A stretch of 63,588 nt of DNA, the filler included, from Bigelowiella natans CCMP2755 (Eukaryota > Protista > Cercozoa): the NCBI GenBank assembly GCA_000320545.1. It is 6 parts of 6 records of this genome, joined end to end, with 100 filler letters (N's around TTAATTAATTAA, not from the genome) between each part and the next. Parts side by side here need not be neighbours in the genome. Positions count along the whole stretch, not along the records: positions 31,960 to 42,779 come from ADNK01001107.1; positions 42,880 to 47,502 come from ADNK01002112.1; positions 47,603 to 49,032 come from ADNK01001553.1; positions 49,133 to 61,566 come from ADNK01003443.1; 2 more parts are not named here. One strand, 5' to 3'. The translations under genes and the position numbers were made by a program. The stretch's first letter is position 1. Each line of letters opens with the position of its first letter. This document shows positions 39,698 to 53,018 of this stretch, piece by piece. The notes below the pieces were generated by a model. That model had not been told where the DNA came from. It was given only the letters and a program-made list of their open reading frames with translations, and did no database searches.

Positions 39698-39760
39698 CTA
39701 GACATGCTGACATGTGCCATGCATGCATGAAAGTTATCAGCTGGCTAGTGGACATGTAGC
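36345..39760. pseudogene. TpA-depleted, hypermutated domain with decayed gene/spacer sequence
   Basis: 6 TpA in 36345-37355 (all in CTAG) and 4 in 38670-39545 by eye count. His/Cys-rich, Tyr-poor broken reading frames. Confidence 0.6.
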
Positions 39761-39797
39761 AGGTATTTACATTGCTTAGCTATTTGAGGTTCAAAGT

Positions 39798-41254
39798 TCA
39801 TATTCTCTTTGACGATGTGCCGCTAACAGCATCTCCTAAAGACAAATTGTCTCCCTTCTCCTTGATCTTTGTTGTCGCGTTCGACAAATTAACCATATTT
39901 ATTCGTTTGGTATCGGTGCTACTTGAATTTGTAGGCCGCTGCGATGAACCTACCATTGGTGACGCGCTTTTCTGCTTGTCTTCGACCACTTCATGCAGCT
40001 CGCGAGGCTGTGGTTCTTTTCTCTCCATGGCGACCCCATTTTTCTTCCCGTCCCTTTGCGTGCTGCCACTTAAGGCGTCGCTCCTTTTGAAGCCTGTGAG
40101 AGGTGAGGATGTCCGATCAGGGGGGACTCTTAGGATTGATTGACCATGAAAATATTGTTGTTCGATGTAATATTATTTTGTTTACTATTTTTCTGTTACT
40201 CTGTTTCCATAGCACACACACAGACAAACATACGTGGGTACACATTCCCACGATATATGAGCACATTCACGCACACATCCACGCACCTTCGACCTCCTTT
40301 ACTAAACTTTGCCTTCTGGATGGAAGGTTTCTTGACCTCCTGAGCCCGATCATGGTCGGCGGCTCTTTTGATTCGTGGCGAAGTTTATCGTATGACTCTA
40401 CTAGATCCTGGCCAAGTTTTCTTCGGCAGCCGACCCGCGCAGTGATTAAGTGAGGAGATTTGGCCAGAAGCTCCAGCTCGGAATCGATAAGTTTCCTGAG
40501 TTTTAATTTTGCCTTTGCTGCCGCTTCCTCCAACTGAAGGGAGAAGGAGGGGTTAGAAGGCATTCGTTTGTGGATAAGATGTCGCGAGAACGGAGACGAC
40601 GGAAGAGCGAGATGTTCTTATGTGAAACATACATATATATTAATGTTTAAATACTTGTGCATCATCATCATCACTGTCATCATCATCATCGTTGTCGAGC
40701 ATAGTCGCATTCTCCCTCCCCCTACTGACCATTTCCATCCTTTTGTGCAGGAGTCCAAGACAACTCGGCGTGAGAAACAGTTTTGACTAAGATGGATGAG
40801 GACGTATAACAATCGGTAGTCAGGGAGGAGCGCAATGTCGGCAATCATGATGATAATGGTGGTGGTGGTGTTGACGGTGATCAGGAGATGAATATGACGA
40901 ATATAAAAATATATATATTAAATATATATACACGCATATAAACAGCTTTTCATGATTTACCTGGGCCAACGATTTGCTTCGATGACGTGTGGAACCCTTT
41001 GCGGCTGTGGCGATTTTGCCAAGAGTATTGATGGTCTCCAGTGTCATACTAGACAATCCTGTATGAGGCGGGGAGAGGGGGATGTTGTGGATGGTGGTAA
41101 TGATGATAATGATGATAATGATGATAATGATGATAATGATGATAATGATGATAATGATGGTGATAATGATGAATGATATTGTATAGAGTGTCGATAGAGA
41201 ACTAGATCTTACTCCCCTGCCCTCCCCCTCTTATTATTTTACCCTCTCTCTCTT

Positions 41255-41308
<54 letters not shown>

Positions 41309-41543
41309 TCCCTCACACACAAACACCTTCGGTGAGCTCGACGCCGCTCTCGCAGGTGTCCATCGATTTGTTATCGTAATGGCGCTTTGCTTTGATTTCT
41401 ATGTCATCCTCATCCTCATCCTCATCACTATTCTTTCTGAACGACTCTTTGATGTTGGACTGCCGTTGGCGGAACAGGTATTCTGAAGATGCTGCATCGA
41501 TATTCACAACCTGAGAGAAAAGTAGGAGAGGCAAAAGTTAGGA

Positions 41544-41584
<41 letters not shown>

Positions 41585-41762
41585 CCGCTCGCTTGCTCTT
41601 TCCCCCACGCCTCTCTCTAGTTCTCGTGTCTTCTTGTAACGCTGTGTTGAATGACCAAAAGGGATATAGGTACGGCCAGGCACGTGATAGAGATGAAGAG
41701 GATGATGGAACCCAGCAGCCTTCGATACCATATTAAATCAGCCACCAATTGCGTATAAATAA

Positions 41763-41798
<36 letters not shown>

Positions 41799-42400
41799 CA
41801 TAAATAAAAAAATAAATATCATCACATCATCAAAGAAGGTTAAGGGAAGATGTCGTCTTCAGTCAAGTCGCACCTTCCAGCAAGCGATGTTGGGTACATA
41901 TCCCCGTAGCCGACAGTGGTCATCGTGGCGGCCATCCAGTAGAAGGTGTCCGGGATCGATCGGAACGGGCTCCTATAGACGGTAGAAGTACACAATCGCA
42001 AGATGCTCCAAACTAGGGGGGAGGAGTACAGCTAACCTATCGGCAAATCATCAGCGCGGTCTCCTGTGCGCGCGTGCGTATGTGCGCTGTATCTCGCTCG
42101 ATATGCTACTATATTCGTCTGTTCCTAAAGCTTTCGTCATCTCTCCCATATTGCGTTCTTCTCAGTCTCCATGATTATCATCCTCCTCCTCCCCCTCCTC
42201 ATCCTCCTCCCCCTCTTTCTCTCCCCATATTCTCGAAGTGGTGATAGTGGTGGTGGGGTTGCTACTGCTTCGATCACCTTTCCGACTTCCCGTAGAATGT
42301 CGTCCTGGCGTAGAAGCGATCGTCCTCGTTCCACTTCCCCTGCTCGCAGTAGAACATCACGCTGCTGCAGAATACTATCCAACCCAAAAAGAGCACCTGG
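39798..42400 (-). CDS. Voltage-gated (Kv-like) potassium channel, 3' portion
   Basis: [12 protein letters not shown] ... [33 protein letters not shown] (S5/P-loop, GYG filter); 5' end lost at the gap at 42780. Confidence 0.85.
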
Positions 42401-42949
42401 AGATGGAGGAGGAGGAGGAGGAGGAGGGGGGGGGAGGGGGGGGGTATCGATGAAAACGCACGGTACGTCTCGTATGACTGTTGGGGGGGGGCAGCCTCTG
42501 GCACTTGAACCCTAAAACCCGACCTTGGCTAGAGCTGACAATCAACATTTTCGAGTCTTTATGAAACAACTGGGAGGTGAGGGCCTGCCCTCTGCATATC
42601 TCGCCCTTCCACAGGCTCACCTTCGTGCCGGCTGTGAGGTACTGGAACGTTCCACTTCCGATGTCGTTGCCGATGAAAAGAGTGGACCATCCCGTGATGA
42701 ACTCGAGGCATGACACGCCACGGAGCGGAGATGGAGGGGGATGATACTAACCATGGGAGGGGAGGGAGGAGGAGGGGGANNNNNNNNNNNNNNNNNNNNN
42801 NNNNNNNNNNNNNNNNNNNNNNNTTAATTAATTAANNNNNNNNNNNNNNNNNNNNNNNNNNNNNNNNNNNNNNNNNNNNGTACTAGTACCAACTACTACT
42901 ACTACTAATACTACTTCTGCCATCGTTGTTGAGTTGCTACGACTATCAC

Positions 42950-44336
42950 CTACTTGAGACAGTGCAGAGACTTGAGTATCAGCGGTCATTACAAAACAAC
43001 TCGATTTGTGGTCGTAGTGCCAGCTCACGTGTGTGGAAACGATATGTATTTGGGTTATCAATCATCAACGATAATAAATTAAAAGCGATGATCAAAATCC
43101 ACCGGGTTGGTGAGATAGAGCTCATCCACACAACAACAACAAAATCAATAACAACAAAAAAACAGCCGTCTCCGTCATTTCCATAATCATTCCCCCCCCC
43201 CCCCCCCCCCCCCCTCTCTCTCCCCTCTCTACCTTAGAAGAATGCCCCCCATAATCGATACACGAATTTGCTTGCTGTCCTCCTCCTTCTGTAATGCCGC
43301 GATGATGATGATGATGATGATGATGATAGCGACGATAATGATGATGATGATGATGATGATGATGATGGTGAAAATGCTATGTGATGATGACAATATTCGA
43401 TGTTTTGAGAAGCATGCTCATTTGGAACACCAGCAGCCGACCCCCCCCCCCCACCCCTTTACGTCCTCCTCCCTACTACCGTATCGTGCTGGTGCTTCTT
43501 CATGAGGGTGACGACCGCAGGGAAAGTGACACTTCCTGTGGCATATTTTAGACGAAAACGCGTAAGAGAGGGAGTGTGTGTAATATACTGTGTGCTGCAA
43601 GCTGATGCTGATGCTGCTGTTGTTGTTGATATTGTTGTTGTTGTTGTTGTTGTTGTTGTCGGCAGTCACACCAACTTACCGCGTCCCCAATTGGTTTGCG
43701 TGACAAACGAAGGCGGTGATGAGCTACTATCATCATAGTAAGCCCCCTTACCACCCGAAGCTGCAGCAGCAGAAGCAGCAGTAGCGCTATCATCATTCGT
43801 CTCCACATTCTGATGGTAGTAGACATTGCACAAAACACACGCTTGCTGTGTGAATGATCAGAAAAATAGTTGGTATTCATACAAGGGGATACAAGCCCAT
43901 CATCATCATCATCATCATCATCAGCGTTTATCATCTCGGGGGGGAGGGGTGGCATCTAGGATCGTCACTCAAATGCTTATTCTCCTTTTGAATGTACTCT
44001 CCATCTGCCCCACGGCAGGCACGTAAGCAAGATATGCTGACAGTTGGGAGGGCTTCGTCGTTTCGGTATCTCCCATACCTTTTCCTTCTTCTTCTCACCA
44101 GAACGCTGGGATGATGATGATGATGCAGCAGTACCGCTGGCAAGGTCAGCAACCTGATGTAGTGGCGACGACAACGACGACAACGACGAGGACGACGGAA
44201 CATTGATAACGATCCGATAATGATGATGCCGGGTGTGAAAGAAGAATGGGTTTATCAGCGAAAATGCTTGCGAGGACGTCATGATCATTCTCCTTATGCT
44301 CCTCCTCCTTCTCCTCCTCCTCTTCCTCATCACTAC

Positions 44337-44384
<48 letters not shown>

Positions 44385-44580
44385 CATTTACACACATTAT
44401 GGTCGGTCTCGGCTTTCTTCTGGAGCGCCTCCGCGCATTGGATCATCTCCAGGAGCTGTTGCATCATACCGCACGCACGCACACACACACACACACAAGC
44501 ACAAGTCACGCAAGATATCAGAGAACTGTCTGTGGAAAGGACCTGGATCTTCAATGAAGGAAATCAATCATGACAAATAA

Positions 44581-44625
<45 letters not shown>

Positions 44626-45074
44626 AAATTCATCTTGAATTCACTCCACTCGCGAGGAGCATGCACCAACGTCGGTCCTTCATGCACACACACATATATA
44701 CGCTGCTCCTGGCCCTTACTACCCTTGCTCGGTTGGGAAGATCCGTGACGATGAAGGGGGAGGATGATGACGATGCTGGAGGAGAGGAAGAAGACGATGA
44801 TGCTGATGCCTTCATTTCCTTTCCGATTCCTCCTTTTTCTTGAGATGACGACGATTGCAGGACTGCTTTGTTGTCGATGCTGCTGTTGCTGGTAGTGGTC
44901 TCAGTGAAAGATAGCTTAACGAGATACTCAAACGTCTCCCCTGCCTCTCTACGTGTCCGGCTGATCTTCTCCGAGAGCTGCTTCAGTAGCCCGCACACGA
45001 GTCTGCTCGTGTAGGTTGAAGGGGCAGAATCATCGGAATTATGAAGGACAGACGAACGTCATCGTAGTGTCATG

Positions 45075-45116
<42 letters not shown>

Positions 45117-45613
45117 GTTATTACTACATTCTCGCCATCGTTAATATCATCATCATCATCATGATTATGATGCCAGCTGTATACCGTGTTCCCATTCTTG
45201 CCGTCCAGAGGCTGATGTGACCTGATGTGATGATTTTTGTTGTTGTTGTCGTTGTTGTCGTCTTTGTTGCTGTTCCTATGCTGCTGCTCCCCACATTCGA
45301 AGTGCAAAAACGAATTCATCACACAGAGACATTTAGACGATGAAGTCGCGGCTTTTTGCGGGAGGGATAGCGACAGAAACAGCAGCATCAACGGCAGCAG
45401 CACCCCACATGAGTAGCAAGCTCCTACTACCACTTGGCGGATGATCGCTGCTACTTTGGGCGTCGATACTATCTTCACCCCGGACAAACCGCTCGGTTTG
45501 TGAGAGAATTGGAACAATCTGATGTTATGATAACAATGATGATGATGGTGATGATGACGACGGTAATGATGATGCCGATGATCGCCCAACCCTCATCGAT
45601 TTGTACCCCCAGC

Positions 45614-45662
<49 letters not shown>

Positions 45663-46123
45663 CCTCTTTTTCCGCATAGAAACAACTGCCTCGGCAGCAC
45701 CTCTCTGAACGCTCTCACAGCGGCCTCTCGCACCCACGATCCAACATCGCCCCTCCGATCTGCAGAATTAGCAAAACAGCACATCCATCATCGGAAAGGG
45801 CTCAGAAGCGTCCGGAGGCGCGCACGTGATCATCGCCATTTGTGCTGTCGCTGCCGATAACGTGAGAATCGTCATAATCATCATCACCCCTCCCACTGCG
45901 ACCGGAAAAAAAAAAAGAAAAAGCTCAAGCAAAGGACCGCCACCACCTATTTGGTAGTCGTCAAGGGCCTGCACTAACGTGTCAAACACGTGGTGTCCCA
46001 GCAGCCTAAATAGGGCCGGTGATAGAGGAGGAGGAGGAGGAGGAGGAGGAGGAGGAGGAAGGGAAGAGGGAAAGGAGGGGGGGTGGAAGGCATAAATAAA
46101 TCGTGGTGACCATCAGGGCAGTG

Positions 46124-46156
<33 letters not shown>

Positions 46157-47034
46157 AGTATTACCTATGCTTTGCCATCTGCGAGATGGGCTGGCACAGC
46201 TCTTTGCAGACAAGCACCGATGATGATGACGATGATGATGATAACGACGACGATGATGATGATGATGATGAACATGATGACGAGCCAGCATTGCCTGCGA
46301 CCACGTCAATAAAGGCGTGGAAGCCATTCGTGAGGAAGATCAGGGAAAGGAAAGCAGAGGAACTGGGAGAGAGGGAGATGGTTTCAGCAGTTTTGTAAAT
46401 GATTATATCACCTTGTTTCCGCGTCGATATTCGGATGCATACCTTGCAGAGCGACTCGATGGCTTCGATTGGAACAAACAAACAAATTCTTTTGTTGGAA
46501 GAAGATGCGAGTCTTCTCCGCTCACGTCGCAGCGTCATTATCATTATCGTCATTATCATCATCGGCATTGTCGTTGCCATCATATCGCCGCCGCCGTCGT
46601 ATCATCATCATCATCATCGTCACTATCATCATTATCAATCATCATTCACTCACCGGCCTTCCTAGCCTCCGGGCTCGACTCCGCCATCTTGTTGACCCCC
46701 AAACACAAACTGTGCAGCACGTTGTCTGCAGTACCACCACCACCAGCAGCAGCAGCAGGATCATCAGTAGCAGGAACAGGGGGGAGGAGGAAGCACGATG
46801 AACGACGGATATAAAGCAAAACGAAGAGGCAGAAAAGTATACATGCTGATGGTAAAAACGGTGCTACTAGTATTGTAAGTACTACTCCTCCTCAAGGAAG
46901 ATACACCGCTCAATAACCGGCAGCCTACTACCGAGGATAGGAAGAATCGCCTGCTTTGGTAACGCTGCAATGGCCATTGTGTAGCCTGAATACGACAGCA
47001 TGGTGTGGGCGTCTGTCAGACCAACCAGGAGAGC

Positions 47035-47066
<32 letters not shown>

Positions 47067-47440
47067 GTATCTTCTCCCACAGAAATTTCATCATTCACCT
47101 CGGCGTTTGTGCGGCGGGTTGCTGGCCGCAAACTGGCCTTGCGAGATGTGCTTCATGAACCGTGGCGCACATGCTGCCAGGATCTTGGGCGGAGGGGAGC
47201 GTGATTTGGTCTCCTTCTTCACGCCCTCTTTCTCCTCGTAGTAGCTAAAAACGGTGAGGGGGGAGGAGCTCTCAGCGTGTCTTCCTAATTCTCATCGTCT
47301 AACTCGCAAACGCAACTGAGCATTCTCCACCCCCCCCACTACCTACCTACCTACCTACTAAAGAGCGCCTCGAGAGCACTCATCGCCTTGTCCTGCACAT
47401 CCGGGTTGTTGTAGCATAGATTGCCTTCAACCATGTCTGC
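42950..47440 (-). CDS. TBCD: Tubulin-folding cofactor D, internal portion between gaps
   Basis: LDDYQI|DRRGDVGSWVREAA, LLKQLSEKISRTR, GYTMAIAALP, PEARK|AIESL. Confidence 0.82.
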
Positions 47441-48961
47441 CAACAGACGGAAAAGGAGGAGGAGGAGGAGGAGGAGGAGGAGGAGGAGGAGGAGGGAGGA
47501 GANNNNNNNNNNNNNNNNNNNNNNNNNNNNNNNNNNNNNNNNNNNNTTAATTAATTAANNNNNNNNNNNNNNNNNNNNNNNNNNNNNNNNNNNNNNNNNN
47601 NNACATCGTGTATTTAATGTGCCGCAGGATCATGGAGTAACACCAGGGTTTGCCGTTATCTTTGTCGGGAATCGAGTTGATTGACAGCTAAATGATGATG
47701 TTTCCCCCCCCCCCCCCCCCCCCCCTTCCCCCCCTCGCCCGTCTCCCATCATCCTATGTTCTGCCACAGGGACGTGCATGCTGATGGGTCGCCATTCGTC
47801 GTTGCTTTTCGGTACTGAGTCCAGCCTTGTGATTCCTTGTCGAATGACGAATAGTCTACAGCTTACGATAACATCAACTTAACACACACACACAAACACA
47901 CACACACGCGCGCGCGCGCGCCCGCGCTCTTGTGAGGTCTCTATGTATTCACGGGTCGTCTTGGTAACATACACATTTGAAATACACATTATGTCAGGAG
48001 TTCCTCTCTGCCTGTTTATAATCGCAGCATTGGTAAGTAGCACTATCACCACCACCACCAGCAGCAGCAGCAGCAGCAGCTTCGTGACTAGCACGTGGGG
48101 TGAGAGCAACACACGCAATTGATCCATAGAGCAGCGGGCGATATGATTATGATTACATCTCTCTCTTCTCATTGTACGACGCATGCCAATATGGGAGATA
48201 GACCTCGACTCTGCTAAATATCATGAGAGATTTGAATTTCTTTCACGGCATTTCTACCAGCGAGGAAAGGGGGAGGAGGAGAGGGGAGAGACGTTTGCCT
48301 CCTCGGCTGCGCCGCTGCTAAATCTAGATAAATCTGGCCTTTTTTACCGTGAGCATGGGTATCCTTTATTTGTTTAAGTTTGAAATATTCCTTGCCCCCC
48401 CCCCCCCCCCATCCGCAGCTCCTGCTTGGCCATACGCTTCGGTTGGTCCTCTGCCCGAAAACAACACTACCACGACTTAATGGCGGGATCGATGAGCGGA
48501 AAGCGTCGTTGGGCAATCGTAAGCTGCGGACAAAAAACAGAGCATATAACACGGCAAACGACCGATGCAAAATGTTGGAGCTGTGCATGCGTGTTAGTTG
48601 AGCACCGAGGGCACGCGGGTGCGTTGATGCGGCTGCGGCCTCTGCGTTTCAAAACCGACGATGCGACTTTTTCCCCGTGTTTGTTCTTGCAGCGGTCGCG
48701 CCAGTGGTTAACCTCATCCCGACTCGCAGTGAAAGGTGTATTCTCTATCATATCATATCAGCCATTGAAAGATCTTGCAAATCGCGCACCTAGGAGGGGT
48801 CTCCCATCTAATACGACGCCAGTGCGCCCACACCGCAACTGATGAGCATTATTTCTCTATTTTGATCCATCGGCAGCGGCCTCCCCCTCGAGAATCAGCA
48901 GGAAAGGGCTATTGCGCGACTGAAGAATGTATATATGTTCGCGTGTTTGCTCTTTATACTG

Positions 48962-49014
<53 letters not shown>

Positions 49015-49155
49015 AGTGTCGTCGTGGCATCANNNNNNNNNNNNNNNNNNNNNNNNNNNNNNNNNNNNNNNNNNNNTTAATTAATTAANNNNNNNNNNNN
49101 NNNNNNNNNNNNNNNNNNNNNNNNNNNNNNNNGTCACATCGTCATCAATGGCAGG

Positions 49156-50746
49156 TGGAGGGAGGGGGTCGGTCTCATGCCTCCTGGAGGGTCACTAGGC
49201 TCCTTCAAGGTAGGAAACTTACTTTTACATTATAACACAGTTGAGATAGCAGCGCATAGTCTTGCAAAAATGTATATATTAGCTGATGAAGCGAATTGAC
49301 TTATATATCAATCCCTCCTCGTTCTCTCTTCCTCCCCTCCTCCTGTCTCCTTCTCTTTCGCCTAGAATGGATTGATGCAAATGGCAGAGGCAACTGAAAA
49401 GGTAAAAGGGGGGACGATGGGAATAAGAAGGAGCGTAGCAAAATGAGGAGAAGAAGAAGAAGAAGAAGAAGAAGAAGAGGAAGAACCAAATCGTATCACT
49501 ACCTGCGGGGTGTATGCATATCGTCCTTTTGTTTTGTGGCGACTTTGCTGACTACTGTTATTCATCCAAAGGTGCTCAATAAGGACAGCGACAAGCAGCG
49601 TGTGCGTGTAGGCTGGAAGCTGAAGGACGTCAAGAAGCACGACGATAACACGTACGAGCGATCGATGAAAGCCGGGCCATTACAACGAGCTAACGTTCTT
49701 TGCCCCCCCCCCCCCCCTCCCCCTCCCCAACCACCCTCCACCCCTTTGTTCCCCACCAAGGTACACTGCCGTGTTCTCAACGCCAGAGGGAGATCGAGCG
49801 CTTAAAGCCCCGGCGTTGGCTATCACCGCACCTGCTCATCGAGCTCAGCCTTTCCTTGAAAACGTAGCACCTAAAGCAGGGGAGATTTTGTCCAAGATCT
49901 ACTATCCTCCAGTAGCATCCGTCACCCTAGCCTACCCGAGGGAGGCTCTTCGAGACGATGTAAGTCAACGCCGCATGGCCTTGAGCGTCGTGGAGCTTCG
50001 CGGCTTATTGTTTGAGAGGTGTATGTGTTTGGAACGAGGGGGGTGGCGTCGGCGATCTTCATCGGTTTTTGGTTGCGCGATTGTTATTGTTATTATTATC
50101 ACCATCACTGCGGGGAGGAGACGTGTAAATTGATCGGGTTGATGTTCTCCAGGCACCGGGTGTCCAAGAGACCGGCCGACTACAGGTATATATCAGAAGA
50201 CGATGACGATGACGACAAGATGATGATGATGATGATAATGATGATGATGACGATGAAGTGCGAAGAGCTAATGATGCAAGTAGCACTTTTACATTACAGT
50301 CACTGTAGCTCCATTAATCATTCATGTGAGAAGGAGAGTTTTTATCGCATCGCTTGGTTATCTAACCACCACGCCTCCTCTCTCCTCTCTCCCCCCTTTT
50401 CCCTCAGGGTTTTGGCCATCTAATTCCACGCAAAGCCGCCTACAAAGCTGGCGTGAGGACGCTGGTACTACTACTTTGAACACCATGCGTTGGTAGAAAA
50501 GAGCGCAGCGACGAACGAATCATCATCATTATGCTTCCTTCCCTCCTTGCTGCATTGCGACAGGGTACTATTTGGTCGTCATCTTTGTTCCCCACCCGAG
50601 CTCCTGAGGGATATGAAATGCTTCTCTGCTACATTGGCGGATCGGTAATGAAGGATAGAAGGAACGAGGGAGGGGGGGGGGTGGGGATGGCGATTGGAGC
50701 TGGAGAGAGGGTTCATCTACACTCACGGGGACGAGAGATGGCCCTT

Positions 50747-50780
<34 letters not shown>

Positions 50781-51362
50781 CGTGTGTGTGCGTGTATGCT
50801 CGCGCGCGCGCGTTTTTGCTCTTCCAGAATCTTGCTTTGATAATTAGTCCTGTTGTCGTGTGTATGAATGCACCCCAGTCGCACCTGATCTAGCGATGCT
50901 GAGATATACATCCTCGTGTGTTTGCCCCCCCCCTCCTTGACCTCGCTCAGCGCGACGTCGGGATTGGAGATATGGCGGAGGCCGACATCGCCAAGCAGTG
51001 CGACCAGGACATCCGCAAGGTGCTTCTGAAGCCTGGCTGGAGTGGCGACGCAAAGACACTCGGCATTCGCGTATGGCCTCGTGCTATTCCACAGTACGAG
51101 AAGGGCCACCTCGACGTTCTCGAAGAAATCGCCCAGAATACACCCGAGGGGCTGTTCTTGGGAGGAAACTACAAAACGGTACGGGGAGGGAGGGAGAGAG
51201 AGAGAGAGAGAGAGAGAAGGGTGGAGGGGGGGACAACGCATACACCGAGAAAGGAGAAAGCCCGCGCGCCGGGGGGGGGGGGGGGGGGGGGGGTCCATTC
51301 ATCTACAACCTGTTTTGTTTCATCCACAATCCGATCTCTAAAGCCCGACTAATGGAGTCTTT

Positions 51363-51394
<32 letters not shown>

Positions 51395-51574
51395 GGGTGT
51401 TGGTGCCTTCAATTGAAATTCCACCGTACGAAGGGTGTCGCTTTCGGGGACTGCGTAGATTACGGCATCCAGGAAGCGAAAACGATATCTTCATATGTCA
51501 AAGCGCAGCTAGAGAAGGCAGCTGCTACACAGTCTGCAGAGGGACTTAAGGCTTCTGAACCTTTGGCGGCATGA
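49156..51574 (+). CDS. PPOX: Protoporphyrinogen IX oxidase (HemY type), 3' portion
   Basis: [65 protein letters not shown]. Confidence 0.92.
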
Positions 51575-52706
51575 TCTTCGATACGACGCATTAATAAATC
51601 ACATGGCAATACATGCGAAAAACATAGAATATAAATTTTCCAAACATTGTTGAAATAAAGCACTGGATTGAATTAGCTGGCAGGATAGATCGATTGAAAG
51701 AAGCCTGTATAGTGGGCGCCTTTTCATAGCTTTGCCACATGCTTTTAGTGTATATAGCCTTGTGCTACTGTAGCTAAGCTGTCTATCTTGACTAGTAGAC
51801 TTTATGCATCATGCTCACACCACCGCTACGGTTTATATGTGCATGCAGCTGGGCAGATTATCAGCGCTAGCTAGCTATAGCTAGAGATAAGATTGCAGCT
51901 CCGTCTAGCCGTCTATGCTACACAGCTAGACAGGCACATATAGCCTACAGCAAATAACCGCTAGCTAGCGGACAGCATGCTACTGGCAAATTTATTATGT
52001 GCATCAAAATGATGTGTGAAGATGCATGCCAGTCTAGCAGTGCTTCGTACAATTATTAGCTAAGCCTGTTGTCTACATAACGGCCTAATAGGCGGCGACG
52101 ATCGAGCTTAGAATACAGGCCGATCGATGTGGGCGCGTGCTATAGCATGCACACAGCCCTATACTAGCTAGCTAACCTAGCTCTACTAGAACTACCATGC
52201 AAGCGTAGTAGCGTTTTGATGCTGCACCTGTGACACCCAATGTCCATCAACTAAGACTAATATGATTAGCATAGTACGTTAGCAAACACGGCAGAGCTAC
52301 ATCATGCTGTGCATGCTAGCATGCTAATAATAGATTTGATATATACAGACTGCACCAAAAAATGCACATCTGCCAACATCATTGTAGCCTAGATGTGTGC
52401 TGTAGCTGTAGACAGGCGCACGCATGAATTGAGCTAGTCAAGAGCAATGATAACATTGATCGATGTAACATCTCACACTACTGTCTGAGTAGCTTCTTGA
52501 AGTATGAGTGCCGGTGGTGGGGGTCTATATCGATCGGCATTCGCACACAGCTTGGGCAGCATGCTAGCCGGTAATGCGTGAGCAGTAACTTCTGCTTCAT
52601 CGCGAACGTGGACTACGTCGTCGTCAACTGACTGATTGACGGGGTGGGGTGAGGGGGGGAGGGGGGGGGGGAGGGGCAAGAAGGCCCGATGAGTTATTGC
52701 ACGGAG

Positions 52707-52984
52707 CTATGTGGTAGGGGCGGTAGTGGTGTTATTGTCCTTGGCCGTGCTCTGCAAGTAGCGATTGAGCAGATTCGTAGTCGATGGATTGAACCCGTTC
52801 ACGGGAGCGTTCTGCGTGCGAGAGCGTATCAGCTGCTCCCGCACAGTCAATCCGAGGCTCTTGCCTAGCTCGACGCCATACCTGGTGAGATTTGGTGTAT
52901 TAGCATCATCATCATCATCATTATTATTATTATTATTATCATCATCACCACCACACTAGTAGGATGGCGATAATTACCGTCGCG

Positions 52985-53018
<34 letters not shown>

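Noticed and set aside
36345-39760. Classical RIP or CpG methylation decay
   Set aside because: CpG is retained and TpA is lost, the opposite of both processes.
47603-49032. Possible exons on a small contig between gaps
   Set aside because: No recognisable motif; cannot be assigned to TBCD or PPOX.
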